Source of the DNA: Octopus vulgaris
Taxonomy: Eukaryota
Direction: 5' to 3'
Assembly: GCA_951406725.2 (NCBI GenBank)
Contig: OX597841.1
Location: 26,288,001 to 26,352,000, forward strand
DNA length: 64,000 nt
Under the pieces are notes generated by a model. The model saw nothing but the letters and a program-made list of their open reading frames with translations, was not told where the DNA came from and did no database searches. Position numbers and translations under genes: made by a program. Shown piece by piece: positions 25,202 to 39,089 of the stretch. The stretch's first letter is position 1; every line of letters starts with the position of its first letter.

Positions 25202-25314
25202 ACACAGAGGTATATGTGTGTGTTGTGGGGTTGATATATATATATATATATATATATGTTCGTGTGTATGTGTATGTGTGTGTGTGTATATATATTTATA
25301 TATATATTTATATA

Positions 25315-25376
<62 letters not shown>

Positions 25377-25453
25377 TATATGTATTTGTGTAAGTGTACA
25401 TCGATACATATTCATGGAACATATGAGTTGAGAGAAACAAAAAGAAATAATAC

Positions 25454-25550
<97 letters not shown>

Positions 25551-26099
25551 GTATATACATATATATATATATATATGTATGTATGTATGTATTTTTCATT
25601 ATTTATTATCATTGGAAGATATTCCTCTTATCACGATCGTACTTCGTCGTTGCAAGCCACTAAACAAACAACAGAAACTCGGCGCGAGGCGGGCGCAAGT
25701 CGGGAGAGATCTTCAGAGGAAGAAATCCCACCCGAGAAGTGTTTCGGCCCTTACGCCTGACAATGTACTAGAGCTGGGCCCAACCAAGTCATGACTCCGA
25801 AGTGTCTCCGTGCAGCTTTCCAAAATCCCGTCTCCAACGGGATTTGAACCTGAGCCATTCTTTTGTCCATCTCACCGGGCCACAACGACTGACGAAGGAA
25901 CCAGTTCTCTTCTTTCTTATGCTCCTGTAAATATCCAATGGAATCCATATCTAGGTCCACTGGTCATTCCTCATCACCCATCTATACACTGAGCTCTTTT
26001 CTGCGACATCAAACAAGCGTTTAATTTGTGGCAGCTCTGCGACCATTGACACGCGTCTGCCCGAGTAGTCATATATATAATAGACCTTTATATAAATAA

Positions 26100-26460
26100 A
26101 TAACGTGAAATACACGAAGGGACGAACAAAAAGACAAACGGGTCTTTCAAAGCCTTCATTCTTCAGTCAGAAACTGATCCCTCATCGCAGATTTCGGCTG
26201 TTTAATTCTGAGATCCGCTCTGAATCAGCCAGCCACAGAAGGAAAGAATGCAACGCAACAGAGACGAACATGAAACGAAAAATCTTTTTTGGGGACAGTA
26301 ACGGTTAAAAACATGAATGACACAGGCGCCCTACGGCTTTGAGACAAACAGGGAGACACAAAAACAATATCAACAGCGTGGAAAAAATTACCTTTTCGGT
26401 GATGGGACACATGTTGTTGAACAAGCGGCCGATGGAAACGAGGCAGCAAGTTGCAAGAGG
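26100..26460 (-). mobile_element. Possible degenerate Penelope-like 3' end
   Basis: ORF 26225-26449 (LVQQHVSHH..SRRA..TVTVPK) weakly resembles a GIY-YIG C-terminus; decayed CTGACTGA..GAAA near 26135-26170. Confidence 0.3.
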
Positions 26461-26589
26461 ATAAGAGAGAGAAAAGGGGGTAAGAGAGAGAGGGGACAGT
26501 GACCGAGAGAGAGAGAGAGAGAGGGAGAGAAGGAATCGAAGGAAAGAAAATAGTTTAAAGACATCGTGCAGGGGTATTGAAATGATAAC

Positions 26590-26733
26590 ACGACGGGCTT
26601 CTTTCAGTTTCCGTCTTTGGTCGGCCCCAGGTTATAGAAGAAGACACTTCCTCAAGGTCCCACGCAGTGGGACTGAACCCGGAACCATGTGGTTGGTAAT
26701 CAAGCTACTTACCACACAGCCACTCCTGCGCCT
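26590..26733 (-). mobile_element. SINE-A, 5' part
   Basis: Head and B box present. Confidence 0.85.
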
Positions 26734-27134
26734 ATATTCTGTCAATACCACAGATTTGCTTGTTAATTGTTTGACCTTAACCAGTTGAGCATGTCCCTTA
26801 GTGGGGACATGCTCAACATATGTGCAGTGGTGGAGCATCATAGAAATGGGTTGAGACAAATTTTGGGGGGTTTGGATAATTCGCATCTGGAACATGGGTG
26901 TTTCGTTCAACATCCTTAAACAACCCTTATTCAGGGACCATTTGAAAGGGATAGACTGCCAGGCATGAAGAAAATTCTAACTGGGCTCCACCTGCAAGGT
27001 CATGTGCTGTTAATCTTGATATGCCTGGTATACCCTTATCAGACGGGTAGTCATGATGGGTATACTGGGCTTCGAATATTTTACCTGTGTCACTTTGATG
27101 GCATGCACTGCTCTCTCACTCAATAATAATAATA

Positions 27135-27305
27135 ATCCTTTCTACTATAGACACTATGCCTGAAATTTCGTGGGAGGGGACCACTCGATTATATCTACCC
27201 TAGTGAGTAACTAGTACTTAATTTATCGATCCCGAAAGGATGACAGGCTCAGTCGACCCCGGTGCCATTTGAACTCAGAACGTGAAAGAGACCAAATGCC
27301 GTGAA
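27135..27305 (-). mobile_element. Degenerate SINE-B-related copy (TTA-tail type)
   Basis: GTACTTAATTTATCGATCCCGAAAGGATGA..TTTGAACTCAGAACG. Confidence 0.75.
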
Positions 27306-27406
27306 GCTTATGCAATGAATTGTGAAGCAGTGACGCAATTGAGAAGCATGTGAGATGCTGTGAGGAGTGACAATTCTGTAAATAATAGTATTTTATAAGC
27401 TTAAAG

Positions 27407-27434
<28 letters not shown>

Positions 27435-27445
<11 letters not shown>

Positions 27446-27932
27446 CTAGTTGTGTGAGTGTCTGTCCCCTTCGATTTAGATTCCTAACTCCTCCCACATT
27501 TTGCGGTGCAGTTTAACCAAATTCGGGTATCTTATAGTCGTGATTAATATCGAGCCCGTCTGGCTATTAGCGCGCGTCTACGATGTCTCTACGATTTTAA
27601 AAATAATTTAACATCATTTTTTATTCCATTTTAATGCATAAAATGCATCGTGTGTCGATGGCGGCGGAGTTGGCGTCCACGCTCACAGCTGCACCTGTTT
27701 GCTTCTCCCCCTTCCCTCCCTCGTGAAGCTGTGGGGAAGGGAGTGTAAAGAAATCAACGTCGTAATGCGTTGTGAAGGAAACCAGCGTTCTTTTAGAACA
27801 ACGACTTCATGGCTTGAAGACACCAAAACAAAAATGGCTAAGAAAGCCCGAATTTATAAGGAAGTAACTCTCTAAAAATGCTTATATAGTTATTTCCCTT
27901 ACAAACCCGAGCAACGCCGGGCGATACTGCTA

Positions 27933-27933
<1 letters not shown>
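27435..27933 (+). mobile_element. Non-autonomous Helitron-like element
   Basis: 3' hairpin CCCGAGCAACGCCGGG then CTAG (27930-27933) followed by T; sits in (TA)n; 3' ~75 bp shared with the 59798 element. Confidence 0.7.
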
Positions 27934-27971
<38 letters not shown>

Positions 27972-27972
<1 letters not shown>

Positions 27973-28390
27973 CCTTTTCTCTTTTTCTCTTTTACTTGTG
28001 TCAGTCATTTGACTGCGGCCATGCTGGAGCACCGCCTTTAATCGAGCAACTCGACCCCGGGACTTCTTCTCTTGTAAGCCCGTACTCATTCTATCGGTCT
28101 CTTTTGCCGAACCGCTAAGTAACGGGGACATAAACACACCAGCATCGGTTGTCAAGCAATGCTAGGGGGACAAACACAGACACACAAACACACACGCGCA
28201 TATATATATATATATATACATATATACGACGGGCTTCTTTCAGTTTCCGTCTACGAAATCCACTCACAAGGCATTGGTCGGTCCGAGGCTATAGTAGAAG
28301 AAACTTGCCCAAGGTGCCACGCAGTGGGACTGAACCCGGAACCTTGTGGTTGGTATGCAAGCTACTTACCACACAGCCACTCCTGCGCCT
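27972..28390 (-). mobile_element. SINE-A, full length
   Basis: Reverse complement of family consensus. Confidence 0.92.
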
Positions 28391-28490
28391 ATATATAGCA
28401 ATATATTTGCATACAGTTTTTCGAGATCATTGACGAAAAGTTACTGGAAAAACGATATAAATATTTGCATTGGGACCCCCTTTCATCGAA

Positions 28491-28561
28491 AACCGGTGAT
28501 TGTCGTACGCTGATGACAGGTCAAAACCTAGAAACTGCAGTCCGTGCGTATCACTTAGGTT
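28491..28561 (+). ncRNA. Type I hammerhead ribozyme motif with extended stem I
   Basis: CGTACG-CTGATGA-C-AGGT-CAAA-ACCT-A-GAAA-CTGCAG-TC-CGTGCG; stem I extends through GGTGAT/ATCACT and AACC/GGTT; predicted cut after GTC at 28542. Confidence 0.8.
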
Positions 28562-28707
28562 GACGAGGGAAGGGTGACCTCCCTTTGCAAATACCATCGG
28601 GGCACAGAAAGTGTGCCTAAAGCCAGCTGGAGACGATGCTCTCCTGGGGCTACAAGCTACAGTAACACCCACCCTTAGTGGTTAGCCATATTGAGATGGC
28701 AAATATA

Positions 28708-28824
<117 letters not shown>

Positions 28825-28837
28825 CACACAGACACAT

Positions 28838-28995
28838 GAGAGGGTGCTGAAAAGTTTTTGACTTTAAGGGAACTGCGAAAGGCCTGGCTGGAGGCCCAAT
28901 ATTCCGAGTTCTTTTACAGGGTTTAGAAAAACTGAAGGACCTCTGCAATAAATGTGTGAATCCAAGTAGGGCCATATGTTGAACCTTTCAGCACC
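28838..28995 (+). mobile_element. Mariner-derived short element
   Basis: TIR-like GAGAGGGTGCTGAAAAGTT and transposase C-terminal-like GLEKLKDLCNKCVN. Confidence 0.55.
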
Positions 28996-29014
28996 GTCTT
29001 TTGTGTGTGTGTAT

Positions 29015-29048
<34 letters not shown>

Positions 29049-29189
29049 ACGCATGCACGTACATATAGTAACACGGACTGACATGCAAACACACACACAC
29101 AAATGTATGCACATATGCTTGCATACTTACAGGTACAAAGACAATTGCTCTGTTAAGACACACGCAAAAAGCCATAAACACAGATACAT

Positions 29190-29237
<48 letters not shown>

Positions 29238-29275
29238 CACCTTAACTCTTCAATTCCCTAAAACTCCCATTCTAG

Positions 29276-29312
<37 letters not shown>

Positions 29313-29335
29313 TGCACACATACATGAATACACCC

Positions 29336-29379
<44 letters not shown>

Positions 29380-30212
29380 ACACTCATGCAAACACATACG
29401 CGCATGCGCTTACAAACACACACACTCAAGCACACATATGCCCCCCACCCCACCATCGCCGCCGCCACCACCACCACCACCACCATCATCATCATCAGTA
29501 GCAGCAGCAGCAGCAGCAGCACCCGTCATGGGCGCAAAAGGGGTCGATGTCTTAGATTAATGGGATCACTATACGAACCAACACGCGCCCCCAACCCCGA
29601 AACCACACCACACCACCTGCCCCCTGCCCACCCAGCTCCCCCGTCTCCGCACAGCGTGGGTGGGGGTGAGGGTGAGGGTGTGTGGAAGTGTTGTGTTGTT
29701 GTTGGTGGCGGCGGCGGCGGCGGCGGTGCTGATGAAAAGAGCGAGTGGGGGTGGGGGTGGGGGGTCTCTCTTTATCACGTGACCGATAAACTTAGTAAAT
29801 TAAAAAAAAGTGCCCCCTTTCCCCCCCACCTCTCCCCATTAAACTTCACTTTAGTAATGGTTCCAAGCCCCCCCCCGCCGCCATTTTGTTTTTATCTCCG
29901 CCGTCGCCGTCGCCGCCGACGCCGCCATCGCGGTGTTCCCTACCTTTCAGATGATGCCCTGACCCCGGTGCTCCCAACTGGACGCTCCACCAGCTCATCA
30001 TCATTACGCTCAGCCTCATCCCCCCATCGTCGTCGTCGTCTTCGTCGCCGCCGCCGCCGCCGCCCTCACACTTAGAGTCACCATTATCGTCGTCATCATC
30101 ATCATCATCATCTTCATCAATAATATCGTGTCACTTAATCATCAACGAGACAAGCCCCTGGCCTCATGAAGAGGGGCAGTCAGTGTCACATACGTGTATG
30201 CATATATATATG

Positions 30213-30243
<31 letters not shown>

Positions 30244-30245
30244 CG

Positions 30246-30285
<40 letters not shown>

Positions 30286-30288
30286 TTA

Positions 30289-30341
<53 letters not shown>

Positions 30342-30406
30342 ATGTATATACGTATGTAAAAGTATGTATGTGTATATATATATATGTATGTATGTATGTA
30401 TATGTA

Positions 30407-30450
<44 letters not shown>

Positions 30451-30593
30451 CACATACACAAACTTATTGAGGAATAGAAACAAATATACACAACTATTCT
30501 CACAAGAATAATACACACACACACATTTATGTATGTATCTTTTCGTCTGTTAGTTTATCTATCCATCTATCTATCTATATATCAGTCTATTTA

Positions 30594-30645
<52 letters not shown>

Positions 30646-30655
30646 AGTCTATTTA

Positions 30656-30735
<80 letters not shown>

Positions 30736-30743
30736 CATCTATG

Positions 30744-30807
<64 letters not shown>

Positions 30808-31129
30808 CCCACAGACACACACATACCTCTCTCTCTGTCTGTCTGTTTCTCTGTCTGTCTATCTCTGCCTGTGTGTGTATATGTTTGTGCGTGTATATTC
30901 CGTGTGTAAGTATGTGCGCCTGTGTGTGTGTATTTGTGTCTAGACGTCTATTTGCGATAATGAGGTGACGTGAATCTCATCAAGTCTTACCAACGGGAAT
31001 CAATTTAATTTGCGTTGCTTGATAAAAGTTTTTTATCTCTCCAAACTGGAGAGCGGTTCCGGTAAATGGTGGTGATAGATTGATAGGACGATGAGCCGAA
31101 ACGGATATAGGTAGAAGCGGACATACATA

Positions 31130-31605
31130 CATTCAACGATACATACATACATACATACATACATACGTATATGCATACATACATACATACGTACGTACGT
31201 ACATACATACATACATACATACATACATACATACATACATACATACATACGTATATACATACATACATACATACATACATACATACATACATACGTATAT
31301 ACGTACATACATACATACATACATACATACGTACATACATACATACATACATACATACATACATACGTATATGCATACATACATACATACATACGTACAT
31401 ACATACATACGTACATACATACATACATACATACATACATACGTATATACATACATACATAAATACATACGTATATACATACATACATACATACATACAT
31501 ACATACATGCATACATACGTATATACATATATGCATATATGAATACATACATTGAAACTTGCATACATACATTCAATATATATATATATATATATACACA
31601 CATTC

Positions 31606-31658
<53 letters not shown>

Positions 31659-32172
31659 TACTTACATGTAAACATACGTACATACATTCATACATACATA
31701 CATGCATACATACATACATGTATACGTAATGCATTCATACATGCATACATACATATACACACACATACATACATGCAAACATATATATATACGTTCATAC
31801 ATACATACGGGTATACGCACATTCATACATACATGCATTCATGTATACATACATAAACACACACATACATACATACAAACATACATATATACATACGCAC
31901 ATACATATTTACATTCATACATACATTCATAAATATATATACACACACATTCATACTAACATTCATACATACATACATGCATTAATATATACGTTGATAC
32001 ACGCATACACACATCCATACATATATACATACATACACACACACATACACACACACACACATACATACATACATACATACATACATACACACACACATAC
32101 ATATACACATACATATACACATACATACACACACACACACACACATACATACATACATACATACATACATAC
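31130..32172. repeat. Long (TACA)n compound microsatellite
   Basis: Direct inspection. Confidence 0.95.
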
Positions 32173-32390
32173 ATACGACGGCCGGTTGAAAAGTACATAG
32201 ACTGTCTATGAAGGATTCATGCTAGACCTGATACATCTTGGGCCATCCTCAAGATATTCCCTACCTCCTCCTGCGCAGTTGATGAATTTGGGGTGTCCAT
32301 CCCCTAATGTAGCCACCATGTAATTTGTATGTTGCTTTTGGTGGTAGGAGGATGAGCAAATATATTTTATCCAGGAATTTCTGAATTATA

Positions 32391-32613
32391 TACTCTTTAC
32401 TATTTTACTTGTTTTAGTCGTTTGACTGCGGCCATGCTGGAGCACCGCCTTTAATCGAGCAACTCGACCCCGGGACTTATTCTTTTGTAAGGCCAGTACT
32501 TTTTCTATCGGTCTCTTTTGCCGAACCGCTAAGTTACGGGGACATAAACACCCCAGCATCGGTTGTCAAGCAATGCTAGGGAGACAAACACAGACACACA
32601 AGCACACACACGC

Positions 32614-32665
<52 letters not shown>

Positions 32666-32801
32666 GACGGGGTTCTTTCAGTTTCCGTCTACCAAATCCA
32701 CTCACAAGGCTTTGGTCGGCCCGAGGCTATAGTAGAAGACACTTGCCCAAGGTGCCACGCAGTGGGACTGAACCCGGAACCACACATCCACTCCTGCGCC
32801 T
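32391..32801 (-). mobile_element. SINE-A with deletion in the head
   Basis: Reverse complement of family consensus. Confidence 0.9.
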
Positions 32802-33068
32802 ATATAATAGAAATATTTTATTTATTGTGATCCCAACTCTGTTTCATGCGTAATGGTTTTGCTTTTGTATAAGCTCTGTTTTGTAGCTGCACGCTTCTTG
32901 TTCTGTGGGAGCTAAACCCTTTCACAGCATGTACTTGATAAAGCCGTAGTGCTAAATATTGTCCATTTTCAAGAAAAGTCCCTACTAGTTACTTTTGAAG
33001 TCTTCTTTGAACTGTCATCACAAAAAGTCTACGAACGGCTCGACTCTCTAACCACTGAGCCATGCGCC

Positions 33069-33111
<43 letters not shown>

Positions 33112-33149
33112 TATTAATTAACGAGAGATGGATTTCGTATTAGACCTTT

Positions 33150-33762
33150 ATCATCATCATCATTGTTCGACTGTGGTCGAGACATTGGAATTTACCATGC
33201 TACGCCAGACTTCATGGTCCATCATGGCATTCCGGAGGTCCTGTTGCTGGATGCCTGTATCCCTGGAGATTACATCAGAGTAGGAGAGTGTGCGCTCTCT
33301 GGTATTGCGAGTAGATGGCTTCCAGAGGAGAAGAGGAGAAATTACCTCTTTTTCAGCTCTGCAACAATGTCCAGCAAACTGGACTCTTCTACCTTTCACA
33401 AGAGATGATATGTATGTATATATATATCATCATCATCATTGTCTCGACAGTGGTCGAGACAATGGAATTTACCATGCTACGCCAGACTTCACGGTCAATC
33501 ATGGCATTACGGAGGTCCTGTTGCTGGATGCCTGTATCCCTGGAGATTACATCAGGGTAGGAGAGTGTGCGCCCTCTGGTATTGCGAGTAGATGGCTTCC
33601 AGAGGAGAAGAGTAGAAATTACCTCTTTTTCAGCTCTACAACAATGTCCAGCAAACTGGACTCTCCTACCTTTCACAAGAGATGACACAGGTGGTGGTTT
33701 CCCATATATTTGCATTTTGGTTGGATGGCGCTTCCACGAGAGATTTTGAGCTTTTATACCAA
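33150..33762 (-). mobile_element. Two tandem 3' fragments of an RTE-clade LINE with (GAT)n tails
   Basis: SWKRHPTKMQIYG..VKGRRVQFAGHCCRAEKEVISTLLLWKP..RGRTLSYPDVISRDTG..DLRNAMIDREVWRSMV; copies at 33150-33408 and 33426-33762. Confidence 0.85.
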
Positions 33763-34014
33763 GGCAGCCGATCCTAAAAATCTAAAAAGATCCAGACCGA
33801 AGGTCTGATACATGGGTTCTCAACGTAAGCGTTACTGCCCGCCACCAGCTGGCCGTTGAGACGGTCCAGATGGCTGCTGGTGTCTAAGGGGGCGGTATGT
33901 GCGTGTGGGGAGGCGCGGTAGAGAAAAAGGAGGCGTTGGGAGGAAGGCAGTGAATTGGGGGGACACTGTGAATTTATTATATTATTATTATAGTATTGTG
34001 TACAAATTATATTT

Positions 34015-34440
34015 ACTCTTTTACTCTCTTTACTCTTTTACTTGTTTCAGTCATTTGACTGCGGCCATGCTGGAGCACCGCCTTTAATCGAGCAACTCGA
34101 CCCCGGGACTTATTCTTTTTGTAAGCCCAGTACATATTCTATCGGTCCCTTTTGCCGAACCGCTAAGTGACGGGGACATAAACACACCAGCATCGGTTGT
34201 CAAGCAATGCTAGGGGGACAAACACAGACACACAAACAAACACACATACACATATATATATATATATACATATATACGACAGGCTTCTTTCAGTTTCCGT
34301 CTACCAAATCCACTCACAAGGCATTGGTCGGCCCGGGGCTATAGCAGAAGACACTTGCCCAAGATGCCACGCAGTGGGACTGAACCCGGAACCATGTGGT
34401 TGGTAAACAAGCTACTTACCACACAGCCACTCCTGCGCCT
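34015..34440 (-). mobile_element. SINE-A, full length
   Basis: Reverse complement of family consensus. Confidence 0.92.
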
Positions 34441-34475
34441 ATATAATATATTAAATATCAAATGATTCATAGTAT

Positions 34476-34682
34476 TACTCTTTTACTCTCTTTTACTCTT
34501 TTACTTGTTTCAGTCATTTGACTGCGGCCATGCTGGAGCACCGCCTTTAGTCGAGCAATTCGACCCCGGGACTTATTCTTCGTAAGCCCAGTACTTATTC
34601 TATTGATCCCTTTTGCCGAACCGCTAAGTGACGGGGACCTAAACACACCAGCATCGGTTGTCAATCAATGCTAGTGGGGACA
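34476..34682 (-). mobile_element. SINE-A, 3' half
   Basis: Tail plus 3' body. Confidence 0.88.
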
Positions 34683-34859
34683 ATATATAAATTAGTAAAA
34701 TACAAAATATTTATTTATACATAAAAATAGAGTTGGGAGTGCTGAGGTTATTTTGCGGCCATGAGGTTGGCGGGGGCCGTAGCCCAAAATGTTTGAGAAC
34801 CTCTGGTCTAGTACGAAAACCATTTCCTAGTATTAATTAATACTGTTACCCTGACTGTT

Positions 34860-36064
34860 ATTGCGGCGTTCCTGAAGTAGATCCAACGGAAGTGTACCAC
34901 AACTGCGGATGACACCGGGGTAGCCTAAAATGTGGTGGTCCGCTTGTGCCAAATCTGGCGAATCGGGTGGTTGGCGGAAGCGATACCATGATGCTTTTGG
35001 CGAGAACCTCACGAGAGGGTAGAGCTCTGCGACAAAGTGCCTTGTCGTCGTGAAGAACCCAATTCTTCGCACTCCACAGATTCGGTCGCCTTCCCCCAAA
35101 TGTTCTCCCACAGATGCTTCAAAACGTTGCAGTATGACCCTTAACTGACCGTCTTGCCCTGGTGGACAAATTCTCGATGCACAGTACCACATTTCCGGGG
35201 GTGACGCTTATGGCTGGTACTCCGGATCATTCATCAACCCCCAAACCCCCGAGACTTTCTTCCGCTTTTGAATCACCTGTTTCACTCGAAACACTGTATA
35301 CTTCTCATTGCCTCATCGCTGTAAGCATGCTCGATGTTTCCAAGTTTAACGCAAACTTTCATGTTGGCTCTTTGTTCCAACTTCCTGGCCATGACAAAAT
35401 CGCGAACTACAACACACACGTGATCACAAAAACACAAGTTTCACAGCTTGTTAACCCTTTCATTACCAACCCAGCTGAAACTGGCTCTGGCTCAGAGTAC
35501 AAATGTCTTGTTTTCATAAGTTTTTCATTAAAATCTTCCACCAAACCTTAGTCACAATTTATGTTCTTAACACCAGCTGAATGATAACTAAGTTATTTTA
35601 CTAAATTCTTTGTTATATTTAAAGTAATTGAAAGAAACACAGAGCATCTCAACAGAAATATGGTAACAAAAGGGTTAAAATATATAATAGAGAAACAATT
35701 CTTAACCCTTTTGATACCAACCTGGTTGAAACCACCTCTGGCTCTGTAGTACAAATGTCTTGTTTTCATAAGTTTTGAATTAAAATCTTCCACCAAACCT
35801 CAGTCACAATTTATGTTCCTAACACCAGCTTAATAATAACTAAGTTATTTTACTAAATTCTTTGTTATATTTAAAGTAATTGAAAGAAATACAGAGCATC
35901 TCAAAATAAAAGCAGTAACGAAAGGGTTAAGTAAACACAGCGATGTTCACTCGGCACACTGCCTAATGAAGGTCACAGCTAGCTTTTACTACGCATGCAA
36001 CCGTGTGCTGCCGTCTGTTGGCGCGCTACAGAACGAGTCCGGGAACTTTTTGATACAGCCACAT
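34860..36064 (-). mobile_element. Mariner remnant interrupted by a piggyBac-like MITE pair
   Basis: QPPDSPDLAQADHHILG resembles HPPYSPDLAPSDYHLF; homologous uninterrupted copy at 54112-54630. Confidence 0.75.
35455..35926. mobile_element. Two tandem piggyBac-like MITEs, ~220 bp each
   Basis: TTAA-CCCTTT...AAAGGG-TTAA at 35455-35674 and 35706-35926. Confidence 0.8.
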
Positions 36065-36241
36065 ATGAACCAATGCTTGAGACCTCTATATGGTAGCTAG
36101 ACATGGTAGAAAGAGTAGCCAAATCACCTTCGGTTCACACTCTACTGTCGTATGTATATATATATATGTACGTATGAGCCACCGTCACCTATACTACCAA
36201 CAATACCACCAGCAATAGTTATAACAATTCCGACCAATACC

Positions 36242-36469
36242 TATTTCTTTACCACCCACAAGGGGCTAAACACAGAGGGGACAAACAAGGACAGACAAAG
36301 GGATTAATTCGATTACATCGATCCCAGTGCGTAACTGGTACTTAATTTATCGACCCCGAAAGGATGAAAGGCAAAGTCGACCTCGGCGGAATTTGAACTC
36401 AGAACGTAACGGCAGACGAAATACGTCTACGCATTTCGTCCGGCGTGCTAACGTTTCTGCCAGCTCGGC
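36242..36469 (-). mobile_element. SINE-B monomer flanked by a 41-bp duplication
   Basis: 36201-36241 matches 36470-36510 with 2 mismatches. Confidence 0.88.
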
Positions 36470-36735
36470 CAATACCACCAGCAATAGTAATAACAATTCC
36501 AACCAATACCGTGATACCATTCTTCTCACCAGCAGCACCACTGAGACCACCGCCGCCGCCGCCACCATCACCAGCACCAATCACACAGTCTCCACCACCA
36601 CCACCACCTCCACCATAACCACTACCTCCACCATCACCACCTCAACGACGGTGGCGACGACAACGATGACGACCACTACCATCACCAGCACAAAACAACG
36701 CCGACTCTAACCCCACCACCAGCGTTGCACTAACC

Positions 36736-36952
36736 TATTTCTTCACTGCCCACAAGGGGCTAAACACAGAGGGGACAAACAAGGACAGACATAGGTATTA
36801 AGTCGATTATATCGAACCCCAGTGCGTAACTGGTACTTAATTTATCGACCCCGAAAGTATGAAAGGCAAAGTCGACCTCGGCGGAATTTGAACTCAGAAC
36901 GTAGCGGCAGACGAAATACCGCTAAGCATTTCGCCTGGCTTGCTAACAATTC
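36736..36952 (-). mobile_element. SINE-B monomer with 18-bp TSD
   Basis: ACCAGCGTTGCACTAACC on both sides. Confidence 0.88.
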
Positions 36953-37124
36953 TACCAGCGTTGCACTAACCATTGCTATCACCATTTAGACCGATTTCTT
37001 AAAGGTGTCTCTTTTAAGTCAACCTCACCTTTATTCCTACCCTTTTCTCCCCTTCACTTTTTTTCTCTCTCTCTCTGTTTCATTGTATCTTCATTCTCCA
37101 CTCCTTCATGCATAAACACTAGTA

Positions 37125-37685
37125 GGAAGCAATCCGTCGGTTCCGACGACGAGGGTTCCGGTTGATCCGAATCAACGGAACAGCCTGCTCGTGAAATTAA
37201 CGTGCAAGTGGCTGAGCACCCCACAGACACGTGTACCCTTAACGTAGTTCTCGGGGATATTCAGCGTGACTGTATCTTTTTCGGATGGCTGGATGGATGG
37301 AAGCACTCCGTCGGTTACGACGACGAGGGTTCCGGTTGATCCGAATCAACGGAACAGCCTGCTCGTGAAATTAACGTGTAAGTGGCTGAGCACTCCACAG
37401 ACACGTGTACCCTTAACGTAGTTCTCGGGGATATATTCAGCGTGACACAGAGAGTGACAAGGCCGGCCCTTTGAAATACAGGTACAAGAGAAACAGGAAG
37501 TAAGAGTGAGAGAAAGTTGTGGTGAAAGAGTACAGCAGGGATCACCACCATCCCCTGCCGGAGCCTCGTGGAGCTTTTAGGTATTTTCGCTCAATAAACA
37601 CTCGCAATGCCCGGTCTGGGAATCGAAACCACGATGCTACGACCGCGAGTCCGCTGCCCTAACCACTGGGCCATTGTCCTCCACG
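37125..37685 (-). mobile_element. SINE-C full copy (37300-37685) plus an extra 3' fragment (37125-37270)
   Basis: Reverse complement of 45577-45960. Confidence 0.88.
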
Positions 37686-37784
37686 CATAAACACTAATAG
37701 CAGATACATAATATCGCCTCTCATCCACTGTCAAAGACACACACACAGGTTTACTGTCTCTTTCCCCCCTCACTTCTGCTCTCT

Positions 37785-38432
<648 letters not shown>

Positions 38433-38620
38433 GTCTTCTGTCTCTCCATGTCTCTTCACCTCAACCACTGTACACTATCTGCCATTGAACGTGTGTGTGC
38501 GCGGGTGCGCTTGTATACCCACACAAATTTACATATATACATACACATTTTATATATGCGTATGTATGCGTACGTATACATATATATATATATATTTGCA
38601 CATATGTACGTACACATACA

Positions 38621-38671
<51 letters not shown>

Positions 38672-38726
38672 TCTCTTTCTATTTTTCTTTCCCCCTCTAT
38701 CTCTTTCTATCTAATTCAACGATAAT

Positions 38727-38765
<39 letters not shown>

Positions 38766-38946
38766 ATATATATATCTTTCTGTCTCTCTCTCTTTATCTA
38801 TCTCTCTCTATATATATTCTCTTTCTATTTTTCTCTTTCCCCCTCTCTCTCTTTCTATCTAACTCAACGATAATAACACCTTCTTTCTCTCTCTCTCTCT
38901 CTCTTTATCTATCTATCTCTTTCTCTCTTCTCTCTCTCTGACTCTT

Positions 38947-39036
<90 letters not shown>

Positions 39037-39055
39037 TATCTTTCTCTCTCTCTCT

Positions 39056-39089
<34 letters not shown>

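Larger units (their letters stand above)
33811..34805. mobile_element. hAT (Charlie-like) non-autonomous element interrupted by two SINE-A copies
   Basis: Termini CATGGGTTCTCAA / TTGAGAACCTCTG; 8-bp flanks GTCTGATA / GTCTAGTA, near the NTCTAGAN preference. Confidence 0.55.

Noticed and set aside
31085-31105. GATGAGCCGAAACGG hammerhead-like string (also CTGATGA at 29729 and 45056)
   Set aside because: Missing core or no stems I-III
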